A stretch of 64,000 nucleotides of DNA from an uncultured Planctomycetia bacterium (GTDB taxonomy: Bacteria > Omnitrophota > Gorgyraeia > 2-02-FULL-51-18), in NCBI GenBank assembly GCA_964642015.1, contig CAZXLF010000002.1, forward strand, positions 287,678-351,677. Reading direction: 5' to 3'. Below, in pieces: positions 1 through 10,410 of the stretch. The position numbers and the translations under genes were made by a program. Numbering within the stretch: the stretch's first letter is position 1; each line of letters begins with the position of its first letter. The notes beneath the pieces were generated by a model. That model was not told the origin of the DNA and did not search any database. It was given only the letters and a program-made list of their open reading frames with translations.

Positions 1-426
1 AGGAAGAAAAGGGTAGGCCGCGGCCGCGGTTCGGGTCATGGCAAAACGTCCGGCCGAGGGGAAAAAGGACAGAACGCTCGCGCATCGGGAGGTGTAAGGC
101 CGGGTTATGAAGGCGGACAAATGCCTTTGATCCGCCGTATTCCAAAGCGGGGATTCACATTTACTCCGAAACCAAAGTATGAGATCGTTTCTCTTGAATC
201 TCTGAACCGTTTCAGCGCGGGCACTGAAGTAACACCTGAACTTTTAAAGTCCGCTCGTCTTCTTGATAAGAAAAAACTTTATGTCAAAGTATTGGGGGAT
301 GGCGAATTAAAGCACGCATTGAAGATCCGGGCGCATGCATTTTCGAAATCGGCGCTTGAGAAGATCAAGAAAGCCGGTGGCCAAGCCAATGAGATCAAGC
401 CAGAACCGGTGAAGACGAACCCTTAA
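1..426 (+). CDS. rplO: 50S ribosomal protein L15 (5' end lies outside the window)
   Basis: Frame 1 translated from nt 1 gives RKKRVGRGRGSGHGKTSGRG.KGQNARASGGVRPGYEGGQMPLIRRIPKRGF, the conserved L15 Gly/Arg-rich N-region. It lies immediately upstream of secY, as in the spc operon. Confidence 0.9.
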   Translation, partial: RKKRVGRGRGSGHGKTSGRGEKGQNARASGGVRPGYEGGQMPLIRRIPKRGFTFTPKPKYEIVSLESLNRFSAGTEVTPELLKSARLLDKKKLYVKVLGDGELKHALKIRAHAFSKSALEKIKKAGGQANEIKPEPVKTNP

Positions 427-435
427 GGAATCCCG

Positions 436-1797
436 GTGCTTCAGGCATTTGCGAATTCATTTAAAATACCTGATCTCAGAAAAAAGATTCTTTTTACCTT
501 AGGTATCATCGCGGTTTATCGGTTAGGGACTTATATCCCGACTCCGGGAATTGATGGTGCTAAGTTATCGATGTTCTTTGAAAATATAGCAAGGACCCAA
601 GGTGGCACGCTGTTCGGTGTGATGAATCTGTTCTCAGGCGGCGCGATCCATCGCTTGACCATATTTGCTTTAGGCATCATGCCTTATATTTCAAGCTCGA
701 TCATCATGCAGCTTTTGACCGTGGTGATCCCTTCGCTTGAAAAATTGGCCAAAGAAGGCCAGACCGGCTACAAGAGGATCAATCAATATACTCGATACGG
801 CACGATCGCTTTGTCGGTGATCCAGTCTTTCTTTATTGCTTTGTGGCTTGAGAATCCGGCACATTTTGGCGGCCTTGAGATTGTTGAATTTCCCGGCTGG
901 TCTTTCAGATTGTTAACGGTCCTGACTTTGACGACAGGTTCCACATTTATTATGTGGCTTGGAGAGCAGATACAGGAAAAAGGCATCGGGAACGGCATGT
1001 CGCTTTTGATATCGGCCGGTATCTTATCGCGTATTCCTACGGCGTTTGGGCAGATCATTACGTTGGTCAGTCCCGGCCGTTCGGGGAAGGCTCAAATGGA
1101 TCCGCTAACCGCTGTTTTTATGCTGGCGATCATGGTTGTGGCGATCGTTTTCGTCGTTTTTCTGACTTTGGGAGAACGTAAGATACCCGTGCAGTACCCT
1201 AAACGTGTCGTTGGCCGTAAAGTCATGGGTGGACAATCCGTTTTTATTCCCTTCAAGGTGAATAATGGCGGTGTGATGCCGATCATTTTTGCCCAATCGA
1301 TCATTTTGTTCCCTGCGACGATAGGTGTTTTTGTCCCGAATACATTTATTCAACAAGCGGCTAATGCGTTGGCGCACGGGACGATCGCATATACGATCCT
1401 AATGGCTCTTTTGATCCTTTTCTTCAGTTATTTTTATACAGCGATCGCATTCAACCCGGTCGATGTTGCGGACAACATGAAAAAATACGGCGGTTTTATC
1501 CCGGGGGTCAGACCTGGTACGCCGACAGCAGACTATATCGACTTTATTATTAACCGTGTAACATTACCGGGTGGAATTTTTTTAGCAATCATTGCTGTGG
1601 CGCCTGATTTGCTTGCTAAATGGTTGAATGTTCCTCATCAAGTGGCCGATTTTTTTGGCGGCACAGCGCTTCTGATCGTCGTCGGTGTCAGTTTGGATAC
1701 GATCAAACAGATCGAGTCACAGCTCATGATGCGTCATTACGAAGGTTTCATGAAACGTGGACGGATACGCGGCAGACAGCAGCAGCGTAATTATTGA
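436..1797 (+). CDS. secY: preprotein translocase subunit SecY
   Basis: 453-aa polytopic membrane protein with the SecY-like N-terminus MLQAFANSFKIPDLRKKILFTLGIIAVYRLGTYIPTPGID. Canonical position between rplO and adk. Confidence 0.93.
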   Translation: MLQAFANSFKIPDLRKKILFTLGIIAVYRLGTYIPTPGIDGAKLSMFFENIARTQGGTLFGVMNLFSGGAIHRLTIFALGIMPYISSSIIMQLLTVVIPSLEKLAKEGQTGYKRINQYTRYGTIALSVIQSFFIALWLENPAHFGGLEIVEFPGWSFRLLTVLTLTTGSTFIMWLGEQIQEKGIGNGMSLLISAGILSRIPTAFGQIITLVSPGRSGKAQMDPLTAVFMLAIMVVAIVFVVFLTLGERKIPVQYPKRVVGRKVMGGQSVFIPFKVNNGGVMPIIFAQSIILFPATIGVFVPNTFIQQAANALAHGTIAYTILMALLILFFSYFYTAIAFNPVDVADNMKKYGGFIPGVRPGTPTADYIDFIINRVTLPGGIFLAIIAVAPDLLAKWLNVPHQVADFFGGTALLIVVGVSLDTIKQIESQLMMRHYEGFMKRGRIRGRQQQRNY

Positions 1798-1813
1798 GGG
1801 AAAGTTTAAAAAA

Positions 1814-2482
1814 TTGAGATTGGTTTTATTAGGTCCTCCAGGCGCGGGAAAAGGTACACAAGCGCAGGTTCTTTCTAAAGATTTGAATATACCGCATGTT
1901 TCCACAGGGGATATGCTCAGGGAAGCCTTGAAAGCCGCGACGCCGCTTGGCCTCAAAGCGAAAGAATATATGGAAAAGGGCGCTTTGGTTCCTGATGAAG
2001 TCGTGATCGCGCTGGTTTCCGAGCGTCTTTCCAAGGCTGACGCGAAAAAAGGTTTTATACTGGATGGTTTTCCCAGAACGCCTGAGCAGGCAGAGAATCT
2101 CGATGCGAGTTTAAAAAAACTCAAAATGCCTTTGGACCTGGTGCTGTATTTTAAGACAAGTCTGGCTGTGATCATTCGCCGCTTATCCGGGAGAAGGGTT
2201 TGCAGTCAGTGCGGTAAGAATTTTCATTTGACGAATTTCAAGCCGAAAGTCGATGGGGTCTGCGATGCGTGTGGCGGCAAGCTTTTTCAAAGGCCCGATG
2301 ACAAGGAAGAAACGATCGAAAATCGTCTGAAAGTATACGAACGGCAGACGGAACCGCTCATTGATTATTACAAGAAAAAAGGCACGTTGTACGAGACTTC
2401 CGGAGATCTGGAGGTTCAGCCTTTGAACGTTATTTTGCTGGATCTTTTCCAAAAAAGAGGGCTTTTGCCCGCGGCGGTATGA
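1814..2482 (+). CDS. adk: adenylate kinase with a Cys4 zinc-binding lid; probable TTG start
   Basis: The ORF contains (K)LRLVLLGPPGAGKGTQAQ (P-loop) and the lid motif CSQCGKNF...CDACGG. A TTG at 1814 is preceded by a GAGGG RBS. The ATG at 1757 would overlap the secY 3' end and add a non-conserved 19-aa leader. Confidence 0.85.
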   Translation: MRLVLLGPPGAGKGTQAQVLSKDLNIPHVSTGDMLREALKAATPLGLKAKEYMEKGALVPDEVVIALVSERLSKADAKKGFILDGFPRTPEQAENLDASLKKLKMPLDLVLYFKTSLAVIIRRLSGRRVCSQCGKNFHLTNFKPKVDGVCDACGGKLFQRPDDKEETIENRLKVYERQTEPLIDYYKKKGTLYETSGDLEVQPLNVILLDLFQKRGLLPAAV

Positions 2483-3228
2483 GCGGGATCGAGCTGAAAA
2501 CAGAGCAAGAGCTGAGCGTTATGCGCTCCGCGGGCCGTATTGTTTCGAAACTCCTCAAGCTAATGGAAAAGGAAGTAAAACCGGGGATAACCACAAAAAA
2601 GCTTGATGTGATTGCCGAAGCTTTTATACGTGGCGAAGGTGCGGAACCGGCATTTAAAGGTTATTATGGTTTTCCGGCAAGTATCTGCGCGTCTGTGAAT
2701 GAAGAAGTTGTTCACGGGATTCCCGGAACAAAAATTTTGAAAGAAGGCGACATCATCGGCATTGATGTCGGGGTGAAACTCGACGGCTTTTATTCAGATG
2801 CGGCGCGCACTTTCGCGGTCGGCCGTATCGATAAAGAAAGCCAGCGCTTGATTGATATTACACGTGAAGCGATGGTGCGCGGGATAAGCCAGGCTATTGA
2901 AGGAAATCGGCTGACTGATATCTCATGGGCGGTGCAGCAATTCGCCGAAGATAACGGCTTATCCGTCGTAAAACAATATGTCGGCCATGGTATTGGACGG
3001 AACCTGCACGAAGAACCGCAGGTCCCTAATTACGGGAAACCGCAGCAGGGTCCGAAGCTCGTAGAAGGTATGGCGCTTGCGATCGAGCCGATGCTGAATG
3101 TGGGTTCGGCCGATGTGGAGCTTCTGTCCGACGGGTGGACAGTGGTCACCAAAGACCGTAAAAGGTCCGGGCATTTTGAGCAGACAATTTTTGTCCGTAA
3201 AACAAAAGCGGAGGTCGTTACTGAGTAG
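2479..3228 (+). CDS. map: type I methionine aminopeptidase
   Basis: 249 aa. The pita-bread fold motifs [41 protein letters not shown] and [11 protein letters not shown] are present. Its ATGA start overlaps the adk stop. Confidence 0.9.
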   Translation: MSGIELKTEQELSVMRSAGRIVSKLLKLMEKEVKPGITTKKLDVIAEAFIRGEGAEPAFKGYYGFPASICASVNEEVVHGIPGTKILKEGDIIGIDVGVKLDGFYSDAARTFAVGRIDKESQRLIDITREAMVRGISQAIEGNRLTDISWAVQQFAEDNGLSVVKQYVGHGIGRNLHEEPQVPNYGKPQQGPKLVEGMALAIEPMLNVGSADVELLSDGWTVVTKDRKRSGHFEQTIFVRKTKAEVVTE

Positions 3229-3229
3229 T

Positions 3230-3448
3230 ATGGCTAAAGAAGAAGCAGTTCAGGTAGAGGGGACCGTTGTAGAATCATTGCCAAACGCAATGTTCCGCGT
3301 TGAACTGCAGAATCAGCATCTAGTGCTGGCGCATGTTTCAGGCAAGATGCGGATGAATTTTATCAGGATATTGCCGGGTGATAAAGTGATGCTGGAGTTG
3401 TCGCCTTACGATCTGACGCGCGGCCGCATCATTTATCGCGTGAAATAA
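3230..3448 (+). CDS. infA: translation initiation factor IF-1
   Basis: 72 aa: [70 protein letters not shown], an IF-1 S1-like fold. It is an internal ATG of the 3098..3448 ORF, located just after the map stop. Confidence 0.9.
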   Translation: MAKEEAVQVEGTVVESLPNAMFRVELQNQHLVLAHVSGKMRMNFIRILPGDKVMLELSPYDLTRGRIIYRVK

Positions 3449-3475
3449 AGTTAAATTGAGGGGAGCAGAAATAAA

Positions 3476-3589
3476 ATGAAGGTTAGGTCCAGTGTTAAAA
3501 AAATTTGCGGTAATTGCAAGATTGTGCGGCGCAAGCGTGTGGTCCGCGTGATCTGCGATAACCCTAAACATAAACAAAGACAAGGATAA
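3476..3589 (+). CDS. rpmJ: 50S ribosomal protein L36 (37 aa, too short for the ORF track)
   Basis: Direct translation gives [37 protein letters not shown] with the C-x2-C...C-x-N zinc ribbon of L36. A GAGGGGAG RBS lies upstream. Canonical position between infA and rpsM. Confidence 0.9.
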   Translation: MKVRSSVKKICGNCKIVRRKRVVRVICDNPKHKQRQG

Positions 3590-3594
3590 GCAGC

Positions 3595-4008
3595 ATGCCG
3601 AGAATCGTAGGGGTGGATATCCCCAAAGAGAAAAAAATTTACGTTTCGCTCAGCTATATCTATGGCATCGGGCGCAACAATTCGATCAAGATCCTGCAAC
3701 AGGCAGGCATTAGCCCCGATGTGCGGGCCAAAAGTCTCACAGAGGATGAAATTTCGCGGATCGCAGCTATTATCCAAAAAGATTACCGGACCGAAGGTAT
3801 CCTGAAGCGTGAGCTTACGATGAACATTAAGCGTTTAATGGATATCCAGTCCTATCGCGGAATGAGGCATAAGCGCGGATTACCTGTGCGCGGACAGCGT
3901 ACACGCACGAACGCCCGAACCCGTAAAGGTCCAAAGAAGACTATCGGAGCTCAGCGTAAGAAAGAGACTGCTCCTGCAGCAAAACCGGCCGAAGCGAAGA
4001 AGGCCTAA
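3595..4008 (+). CDS. rpsM: 30S ribosomal protein S13
   Basis: [26 protein letters not shown]... with a basic C-terminal tail. Confidence 0.93.
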   Translation: MPRIVGVDIPKEKKIYVSLSYIYGIGRNNSIKILQQAGISPDVRAKSLTEDEISRIAAIIQKDYRTEGILKRELTMNIKRLMDIQSYRGMRHKRGLPVRGQRTRTNARTRKGPKKTIGAQRKKETAPAAKPAEAKKA

Positions 4009-4029
4009 AAAGAAAGGGAGTTAAACGAG

Positions 4030-4422
4030 GTGGCGAAGTCTAAAAAATTCAAATCAAGAAAAAAAGTCGTGCGTCATGTGTCCGAAGGTATCGCGCATAT
4101 TTTGGCGACATTCAATAATACGATCGTGACCGTGACCGATCGTTCGGGTAATGTTATTGCGTGGGCAAGCTGTGGTTCAACCGGATTTTCAGGGTCCAAG
4201 AAATCTACACCATTTGCTGCGCAGGTCACAGCTGAAGCTGTAGGCAAAAAGGCAGTGGAGCATGGGATGAAGACGATAGAGGTTTTTGTAAAAGGTCCTG
4301 GATCTGGCAGAGAGTCAGCTATTCGAGCCCTTCAAGCCGCCGGTCTTTCGATCAGCGTGATCAAGGATGTCACGCCTATTCCGCACAACGGCTGCAGGCC
4401 TCCTAAGAGAAGGAGGGTCTGA
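4030..4422 (+). CDS. rpsK: 30S ribosomal protein S11
   Basis: [46 protein letters not shown] is a typical S11 core. Confidence 0.93.
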   Translation: MAKSKKFKSRKKVVRHVSEGIAHILATFNNTIVTVTDRSGNVIAWASCGSTGFSGSKKSTPFAAQVTAEAVGKKAVEHGMKTIEVFVKGPGSGRESAIRALQAAGLSISVIKDVTPIPHNGCRPPKRRRV

Positions 4423-4424
4423 CG

Positions 4425-5051
4425 ATGGCTCGATACAATGCTTCTGTGTGCCGTCTTTGCCGCCGCGAAAAGGTTAAATTATTTCTCAAGGGAACACGTT
4501 GCTATACACCCAAATGTGCGGTTGAAAAACGCGAATATGCTCCGGGCATGCACGGTCAGGGCCGGCAAAAGTTGTCTGATTATGGCGTGCAGCTCAGGGA
4601 AAAACAAAAAGTAAAGCGCATTTATGGCGTGCTCGAAAGACAGTTTAAGTTTTATTTCAGGAATGCGACAAGGTCTAAGGGCGTTACCGGCGCCGCTTTA
4701 TTGGTATCACTGGAAAGACGCCTGGACAATGCAGTTTTTCGCATGGGCATCGTGGGTTCCAGGGCTGAGGCCCGGCAGGTCGTTCGTCATGGGCATGCTT
4801 GGGTGAACGACCGACAGGTAAACATCCCATCCTATCCGCTGAACGCCGGCGATAAAATACAAATTAAAGCGACCGATAAAATGAACGAGCGTTTTAAAAC
4901 TGTTTTAGAACAAAATAAGGATCAAAAGAAGGCTGAGTGGCTTGACATGGATGAGGCGAATTTTAAGGCCACCGTCAAGAAGCTTCCGGAGCGTTCCGAT
5001 ATTCAAATGCCAATTCAAGAGCAGTTGATTGTAGAACTTTATTCGAAATAA
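4425..5051 (+). CDS. rpsD: 30S ribosomal protein S4
   Basis: MARYNASVCRLCRREKVKLFLKGTRCYTPKC (zinc ribbon) followed by an S4 RNA-binding domain. Confidence 0.93.
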   Translation: MARYNASVCRLCRREKVKLFLKGTRCYTPKCAVEKREYAPGMHGQGRQKLSDYGVQLREKQKVKRIYGVLERQFKFYFRNATRSKGVTGAALLVSLERRLDNAVFRMGIVGSRAEARQVVRHGHAWVNDRQVNIPSYPLNAGDKIQIKATDKMNERFKTVLEQNKDQKKAEWLDMDEANFKATVKKLPERSDIQMPIQEQLIVELYSK

Positions 5052-5069
5052 ATCGAAGGGAGAGACCCA

Positions 5070-6074
5070 ATGGGAATTGTTTTAAGATCATTTGAAATAC
5101 CTAAGAAACTTGAGTGCGATGAGGAGTCGCTGACCAACGAATACGGCAAGTTCGTGGCCGAGCCGTTCGAAAGAGGTTACGGGGTTACGATCGGGAATTC
5201 ATTGCGGCGCGTACTTCTTTCATCTTTAGAAGGTGCTGCGGTGACGTCTATCAAAATTGATGGTGTTTCGCACGAATTCGGAACATTACCTGGTGTGGTT
5301 GAAGATGTTACTGAAATAGTTTTGAACGTTAAGAATCTTGTTTTAAGATCGCATACCCGGACGCCAAAAGTTCTCCGTATCGAGGTTGATCAGAAACAGG
5401 AAGTAACAGCCAAAGACATCATTACAGATGATACCGTGGAAGTCATCAACCCGGATCTTCATATTGCAACGGTCACCAAGAATGTCAAATTCCATATGGA
5501 GCTTGAAGTTCAGAAGGGCCGTGGATATGTTCCTGCCGACCGCAATAAGAAGGAAGGACAGCCTATAGGCGTGATCGCGATCGATTCTATTTTTACGCCT
5601 GTGAAGCGTGTGAATTTTCACGTTGAAGATACGCGCGTCGGGCAAATGACCGATTACGACAAGCTTATCATTGAGGTTTGGACGAACGGAAGCATTTCCC
5701 CTAAAGACTCGATGCTTTATGCCTCGAATATTTTGCAGAGGCACCTGGACGTGTTCGTGAATTTTGGCAAGCTGCCTGAGGAAGACATCGCGACCGAGCC
5801 GGCTGATAATAAAGAAGACGAGCTTTATAAGAGATTGGCTCAGCCGGTGTCCGAAATGGAGCTCTCAGTCCGCAGTGCGAACTGCTTGCGCGAAGCGCAT
5901 ATCAAGACGATCGGTGATCTTGTCAAAAAGACCGAAATGGAAATGCTCAAATACCGCAATTTCGGCAAAAAATCTCTGACCGAGATCACGAATATCTTGA
6001 AAGATATGGGCCTTGGATTCGGGATAACCGTTGACGAGAAAAAACTCAAAGAATATTCCGGAGAGTCTGAATGA
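5070..6074 (+). CDS. rpoA: DNA-directed RNA polymerase subunit alpha
   Basis: 334 aa. The N-terminal domain carries GYGVTIGNSLRRVLLSSLEGAAVT. The C-terminal domain carries ELSVRSANCLREAHIKTIGDLV (helix-hairpin-helix). Confidence 0.93.
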   Translation: MGIVLRSFEIPKKLECDEESLTNEYGKFVAEPFERGYGVTIGNSLRRVLLSSLEGAAVTSIKIDGVSHEFGTLPGVVEDVTEIVLNVKNLVLRSHTRTPKVLRIEVDQKQEVTAKDIITDDTVEVINPDLHIATVTKNVKFHMELEVQKGRGYVPADRNKKEGQPIGVIAIDSIFTPVKRVNFHVEDTRVGQMTDYDKLIIEVWTNGSISPKDSMLYASNILQRHLDVFVNFGKLPEEDIATEPADNKEDELYKRLAQPVSEMELSVRSANCLREAHIKTIGDLVKKTEMEMLKYRNFGKKSLTEITNILKDMGLGFGITVDEKKLKEYSGESE

Positions 6075-6652
6075 GACATAATCGCCAAACTCACCGCTTA
6101 GGAAGAAATTTCTCCGAGCGCCAAGCTTTACTTGAGAACTTGGTCACGAGTCTTTTGAAGCATCAGGAGATCAAGACGACGCTTCAGAAGGCCAAGGCCG
6201 CGAAGCGTCTGGCAGACCATGTTATTACGCTTGGCAAGAATGACACTCTGCATTCTCGCCGCCAGGTGTTTTCTTTCATTCAGGACCATCAGCTAACCTC
6301 GAAAGTTTTCAAAGAAGTCGCCCCGCGTTTTAAAAGCAGGAACGGCGGTTATACCCGCATCCTTCAGATCAACAAAAGGAAAGGGGATGGCGCGCAGCTA
6401 GCGATATTAGAGCTGACGGAGAAGGAGATCATCGTTAAAGAGCCCAAAAAGACCAAGAAAAAGGACGCCAAACCTCACAAAGGCCATGATCACGATCATG
6501 ACCATGAAGCTCACGAGGCGCGCGAAGAGCGGCCGAAAGCTAAGGAAAAGGAAGCGCAATTTCCGAAGCACGACGAGCCGAAGAAGGAAAAACCTAAGAC
6601 AGGGTTCTTCAAGAATCTTGGCAAGTTCTTCAGGAACAAAGGCGGGGGCTGA
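6071..6652 (+). CDS. rplQ: 50S ribosomal protein L17 with a ~70-aa Lys/Glu/His-rich C-terminal extension
   Basis: MRHNRQTHRLGRNFSERQALLENLVTSLLKHQEIKTTLQKAKA... is an L17 core of about 120 aa. It is followed by KKTKKKDAKPHKGHDHDHDHEAHEAREERPKAKEKEAQ..., a low-complexity tail. Confidence 0.9.
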   Translation: MRHNRQTHRLGRNFSERQALLENLVTSLLKHQEIKTTLQKAKAAKRLADHVITLGKNDTLHSRRQVFSFIQDHQLTSKVFKEVAPRFKSRNGGYTRILQINKRKGDGAQLAILELTEKEIIVKEPKKTKKKDAKPHKGHDHDHDHEAHEAREERPKAKEKEAQFPKHDEPKKEKPKTGFFKNLGKFFRNKGGG

Positions 6653-6686
6653 GGATAAAAAAGTAAGTTCATAGGAAGTTTGTCGA

Positions 6687-6721
6687 TTGCCTCTTTTGGA
6701 TTCAAAAGAGGCAATTTTTTT
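6687..6721 (+). terminator. rho-independent terminator closing the ribosomal protein/rpoA operon
   Basis: Stem TTGCCTCTTTTG / CAAAAGAGGCAA (12 bp, perfect) with loop GATT, then a TTTTTTT run, 35 nt downstream of the rplQ stop. Confidence 0.8.
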
Positions 6722-6768
6722 GGTACAATAACTCGTTATTTTTTGCAAAAGATCATGGGAAAAATGTC

Positions 6769-7935
6769 ATGAAAATCGCTTTGCGCATGTCGCAGGTCTC
6801 TCCGTCGGCGACCCTGAAATTGACCTCCAAAGCAAAGGAGATGAAGTTAAAGGGTCTGCCGGTGATCAATTTTGGAGCCGGAGAGCCGGATTTTGACACG
6901 CCTCAGGCAGTAAAAGATGAAGCTGTCAAATCTTTGAACGCGGGTTTTACTAAATATACTCCGACATCGGGCACGCCGGAACTGCGTGAAGCGGTTTGCA
7001 GAAAGTTTCAGGAAGATCAAGGTTTGGCGTATAAGCCCGAGAACGTTGTCATTTCCTGCGGCGCGAAACATTCTCTTTATAACCTGATGCAGGTGCTTTG
7101 CGATGCAGGGGATGAAATATTGATTCCCGCGCCTTATTGGGTGAGTTATCCTGAAATGGTTTATTTGGCCGGGGGAAAACCGGTTTTTATCCAGACTTCG
7201 CAGACTGAAGGTTTCCGGCTCACAGCTGAGAAATTAAAAGCTTCGATCACTCCAAAAAGCAAAATACTAATTTTGAACAGTCCTTCGAATCCAACCGGTG
7301 GGATTTTGGAGGAAAAAGATCTGAGAGCGATCGGAGAGATCGTTCTGAAAAATAATCTGATCGTTATCAGCGATGAAATTTATGAATATTATCTTTATAA
7401 AAATTTCAAGCACGTTTCGATCGCATCCTTGAGTGACGAGCTTAAAAGATGCACTTTTGTTGTGAATGGGACATCAAAAAGTTATTCAATGACGGGTTTG
7501 CGTATTGGTTATCTTGCCGGAGACGCCGAAGTCGTGAAAAAGATCGGCATTCTGCAGGATCATTCGACTTCCAATCCCACTTCGATCAGCCAAAAGATGG
7601 CTGTAGCTGCTTTGGCTCTTCCGAAAAGCTACAGGGAAAACGTCAGGCAGATCTTTGAGAAGCGAAGCCAGTTGATCGTGGATCTTCTTTCAAAGGCGCC
7701 GGGCTTTAAACCTTTCGCGCCTGAAGGCGCTTTTTACGTTTTTTGCGATATTGAAGGGACTAAACTTGCGTCGGAAGTGCTTTGTGACCGGTTGCTTGAG
7801 GAAATTTATGTTGCGGTGATCCCGGGGAAAAGTTTTGGATCGGATAAACACGTGCGTTTTAGTTTTGCATCCAGCGAAAAAGACATCGAAGAGGGTGTAA
7901 AAAAAATAATAGAATGGACGAAAAAAAAGGTATAA
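6769..7935 (+). CDS. pyridoxal-phosphate-dependent aminotransferase, class I (aspartate aminotransferase-like)
   Basis: 388 aa with [16 protein letters not shown] and the PLP-Lys context [16 protein letters not shown]. Confidence 0.8.
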   Translation: MKIALRMSQVSPSATLKLTSKAKEMKLKGLPVINFGAGEPDFDTPQAVKDEAVKSLNAGFTKYTPTSGTPELREAVCRKFQEDQGLAYKPENVVISCGAKHSLYNLMQVLCDAGDEILIPAPYWVSYPEMVYLAGGKPVFIQTSQTEGFRLTAEKLKASITPKSKILILNSPSNPTGGILEEKDLRAIGEIVLKNNLIVISDEIYEYYLYKNFKHVSIASLSDELKRCTFVVNGTSKSYSMTGLRIGYLAGDAEVVKKIGILQDHSTSNPTSISQKMAVAALALPKSYRENVRQIFEKRSQLIVDLLSKAPGFKPFAPEGAFYVFCDIEGTKLASEVLCDRLLEEIYVAVIPGKSFGSDKHVRFSFASSEKDIEEGVKKIIEWTKKKV

Positions 7936-7939
7936 CGCA

Positions 7940-9037
7940 ATGGCAAAGAGAAAAGTTACATTGATTCCCGGCGATGGTATAGGGCCCGAAGTCTCGCTTG
8001 CGGCACAGCGCTGCATCGAATCTACCGGTGTTGCGATCGAGTGGGAAGTCGTACAAGCCGGCGCCGAAGTAATGGTGGAAAAGGGCACGCCGCTTCCGGA
8101 TGAGGTATTGGAATCCATCCGCAAAAATAAATTGGCGATCAAAGGCCCGGTGACAACACCGATCGGTTCGGGTTTTCGCTCTGTCAATGTCGCTTTGAGA
8201 AAAGAGCTTGATCTGTTCGCTTGCCTCAGACCTTGCAAATTGTATCCTGGCGTGAAAAGCATCGATGATAAAGTGAATTTGATCATTGTCCGTGAAAATA
8301 CAGAAGATCTTTACGCCGGTATTGAATTCGATGCGCGTTCGAAAGAAGCGGACGCATTGGTGCACAAGATTAAGGAACTGGACCCGAAAGCGAAATTCAA
8401 CCCGCATCCGGCAATCAGTATCAAACCGATTTCGCAGAAGGCGACCGAACGTATCGTACGTTTTGCTTTTGAGACAGCGATCCAAAATAAGCGCAAGAAG
8501 GTGACGGCAGTTCATAAAGCAAATATCATGAAATGCACGGATGGTCTTTTTTTGAAAGTTGCCAAGGATGTTGCCAAAGAATATGAAGGAAAAATTTTAT
8601 TCGAAGATCGCATCGTGGACAACATGTGCATGCAGCTTGTTCAGCGGCCGACCGAATACGACGTTGTCGTACTGCCGAATTTATACGGTGATATTGTTTC
8701 TGATCTTTGCGCGGGTTTGATCGGAGGGTTAGGAGTGGCTCCAGGCGCGAACATCGGAGACGGAGTCGCATTGTTCGAAGCGACCCACGGAAGCGCTCCT
8801 AAGTACAAAGGCATGAATAAAGCAAATCCTACAGCCATGATTCTTTCGGGGATGCTGCTTTTGCGTTACATGGGAGAAAGCAAGGCTGCGGATCGTCTCG
8901 AAAATGCTGTAGCGCAAGTTTTAAAAGAAGGTCGTTCGGTGACGTATGATCTCAAAAAAGACCGAAATGATCCGACAGCCGTTGGTACGAGCCAAATGGC
9001 TGACGCCATCGTCAAAGCTGTCAAATCGATGCAATGA
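7940..9037 (+). CDS. isocitrate/isopropylmalate dehydrogenase family protein, most likely NAD-dependent isocitrate (or homoisocitrate) dehydrogenase
   Basis: [14 protein letters not shown]-terminus and the [27 protein letters not shown] metal/substrate motif. Length 365 aa. Confidence 0.75.
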   Translation: MAKRKVTLIPGDGIGPEVSLAAQRCIESTGVAIEWEVVQAGAEVMVEKGTPLPDEVLESIRKNKLAIKGPVTTPIGSGFRSVNVALRKELDLFACLRPCKLYPGVKSIDDKVNLIIVRENTEDLYAGIEFDARSKEADALVHKIKELDPKAKFNPHPAISIKPISQKATERIVRFAFETAIQNKRKKVTAVHKANIMKCTDGLFLKVAKDVAKEYEGKILFEDRIVDNMCMQLVQRPTEYDVVVLPNLYGDIVSDLCAGLIGGLGVAPGANIGDGVALFEATHGSAPKYKGMNKANPTAMILSGMLLLRYMGESKAADRLENAVAQVLKEGRSVTYDLKKDRNDPTAVGTSQMADAIVKAVKSMQ

Positions 9038-10410
9038 CCGCCGAATTTGACCTTCTTGTTTTAGGAGGAGGGCCGGGCGGATATGTGGCTGCGTTGCGGA
9101 GCGCGCAACTGGGTTTGAAGGTTTGCCTTGTAGAGAAAGATTTTTTGGGAGGCGTTTGCCTTAATCGCGGCTGTATTCCTTCCAAAACGCTTTTGGCAGG
9201 GACAGAGCTTTTTTTTAAGATCGAAAAAGCATCCGAGTGGGGTATTCAGCTCAGCGGAAAGCCAGCTTGGAATATTCCAAAGCTCTTTGAAAAAAAGGAT
9301 GAGGTTATCCGGCGCATGCGTCAGGGCCTGGATGCCCTTTGCCAAAAAAGAAAAGTATTCATCGTAAAAGGCGCCGGTGTTTTGAAAAGTCCTACGCAAG
9401 TGCAGGTGGGAAACGAAGTTTATAAGGCAAAACACATTATCTTGGCCACCGGTTCGTCTTCGAGAGAACTTGATCTTGGTTTGAAGGATAAGAACGGCGT
9501 TTTTTCAAGCGAAGAAGCGCTATCTCCAAAAAGCATTCCTTCGAAACTTCTGATCCTGGGCGGAGGTCCGGAAGGATGTGAATTCGCGTTGATCTACCGA
9601 GGTCTCGGGTCAAAAGTTTTCTTGGTAGAAGCTAAAGACAGGCTTTTACCAGGTTTTGACCGCGACGCGAGCGCAGCGATCAAGCGTGCTCTTATTGCCA
9701 AAGGTATCGAAATCGAGACTGGAGAAACTTTGCTGCAGGCAGTCAAAGCAAAAGACGGCATTCAGGCAAAATTAAAATCGGGAAAAGAATTATCCGTCGA
9801 CGCGATCCTGGTTTCTGTGGGTCGAGTTCCGAATTCGTATGGAATAGGGCTTGAAATCGCTGGAGTGGCTTGTAATGAAAAAAAAGCTGTGACCACGGAT
9901 AAAAATCTCAAAACCAGCGTTGATTCGATCTATGCGATCGGCGACTTGGCGGGAAAATATATGATGGCGCATTCGGCATCCTATGAAGGGTATGCTGTTG
10001 CCAGCGGGCTTGCCGGAAAAAAAGAAAAATTAGATTACACGGCTGTCCCGTCAGTCGTTTATACTTATCCGGAAATCGCGGAAGTCGGTCTAAATGAAGA
10101 GAAAGCGGCAGCGCAGAATATTCCCTATGAGATCGGAAGGTTTTCTTTCATGGCGCTCGGTCGTGCGCAGGCTAAAGGGCAGACAGAAGGTTTTGTGAAG
10201 ATCATCGGACACTCCAAAACGAATCAAATACTTGGCGGAGTGATCGTGGGCGACGGGGGAGCGGAATTGATCAATATGATCTCGCTGGCGATCAAACATC
10301 AATTAAAAGTGGATGATCTGAGAGGGCATTTATCTCCTCATCCGAGTGCTTCTGAGGCCGTCGTTGAAGCAGCGCATTTATTTTTTAAGGAAGGACTGCA
10401 TTTTGCCTAG
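9034..10410 (+). CDS. lpdA: dihydrolipoyl dehydrogenase
   Basis: [17 protein letters not shown] (FAD), [13 protein letters not shown] (redox disulfide), a second GG motif for NAD, and a C-terminal dimerisation domain with HPSASE. Confidence 0.88.
   Translation: MTAEFDLLVLGGGPGGYVAALRSAQLGLKVCLVEKDFLGGVCLNRGCIPSKTLLAGTELFFKIEKASEWGIQLSGKPAWNIPKLFEKKDEVIRRMRQGLDALCQKRKVFIVKGAGVLKSPTQVQVGNEVYKAKHIILATGSSSRELDLGLKDKNGVFSSEEALSPKSIPSKLLILGGGPEGCEFALIYRGLGSKVFLVEAKDRLLPGFDRDASAAIKRALIAKGIEIETGETLLQAVKAKDGIQAKLKSGKELSVDAILVSVGRVPNSYGIGLEIAGVACNEKKAVTTDKNLKTSVDSIYAIGDLAGKYMMAHSASYEGYAVASGLAGKKEKLDYTAVPSVVYTYPEIAEVGLNEEKAAAQNIPYEIGRFSFMALGRAQAKGQTEGFVKIIGHSKTNQILGGVIVGDGGAELINMISLAIKHQLKVDDLRGHLSPHPSASEAVVEAAHLFFKEGLHFA

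Noticed and set aside
4624-4806. 60-aa ORF in an alternative frame inside rpsD
   Set aside because: Same-strand overlap with a ribosomal protein gene and no supporting signals.
7690-8515. Two long minus-strand ORFs (198 and 218 aa) antisense to the isocitrate dehydrogenase gene
   Set aside because: They fully overlap a strongly supported + strand CDS and their products have no motifs and are compositionally odd. Classic shadow ORFs.
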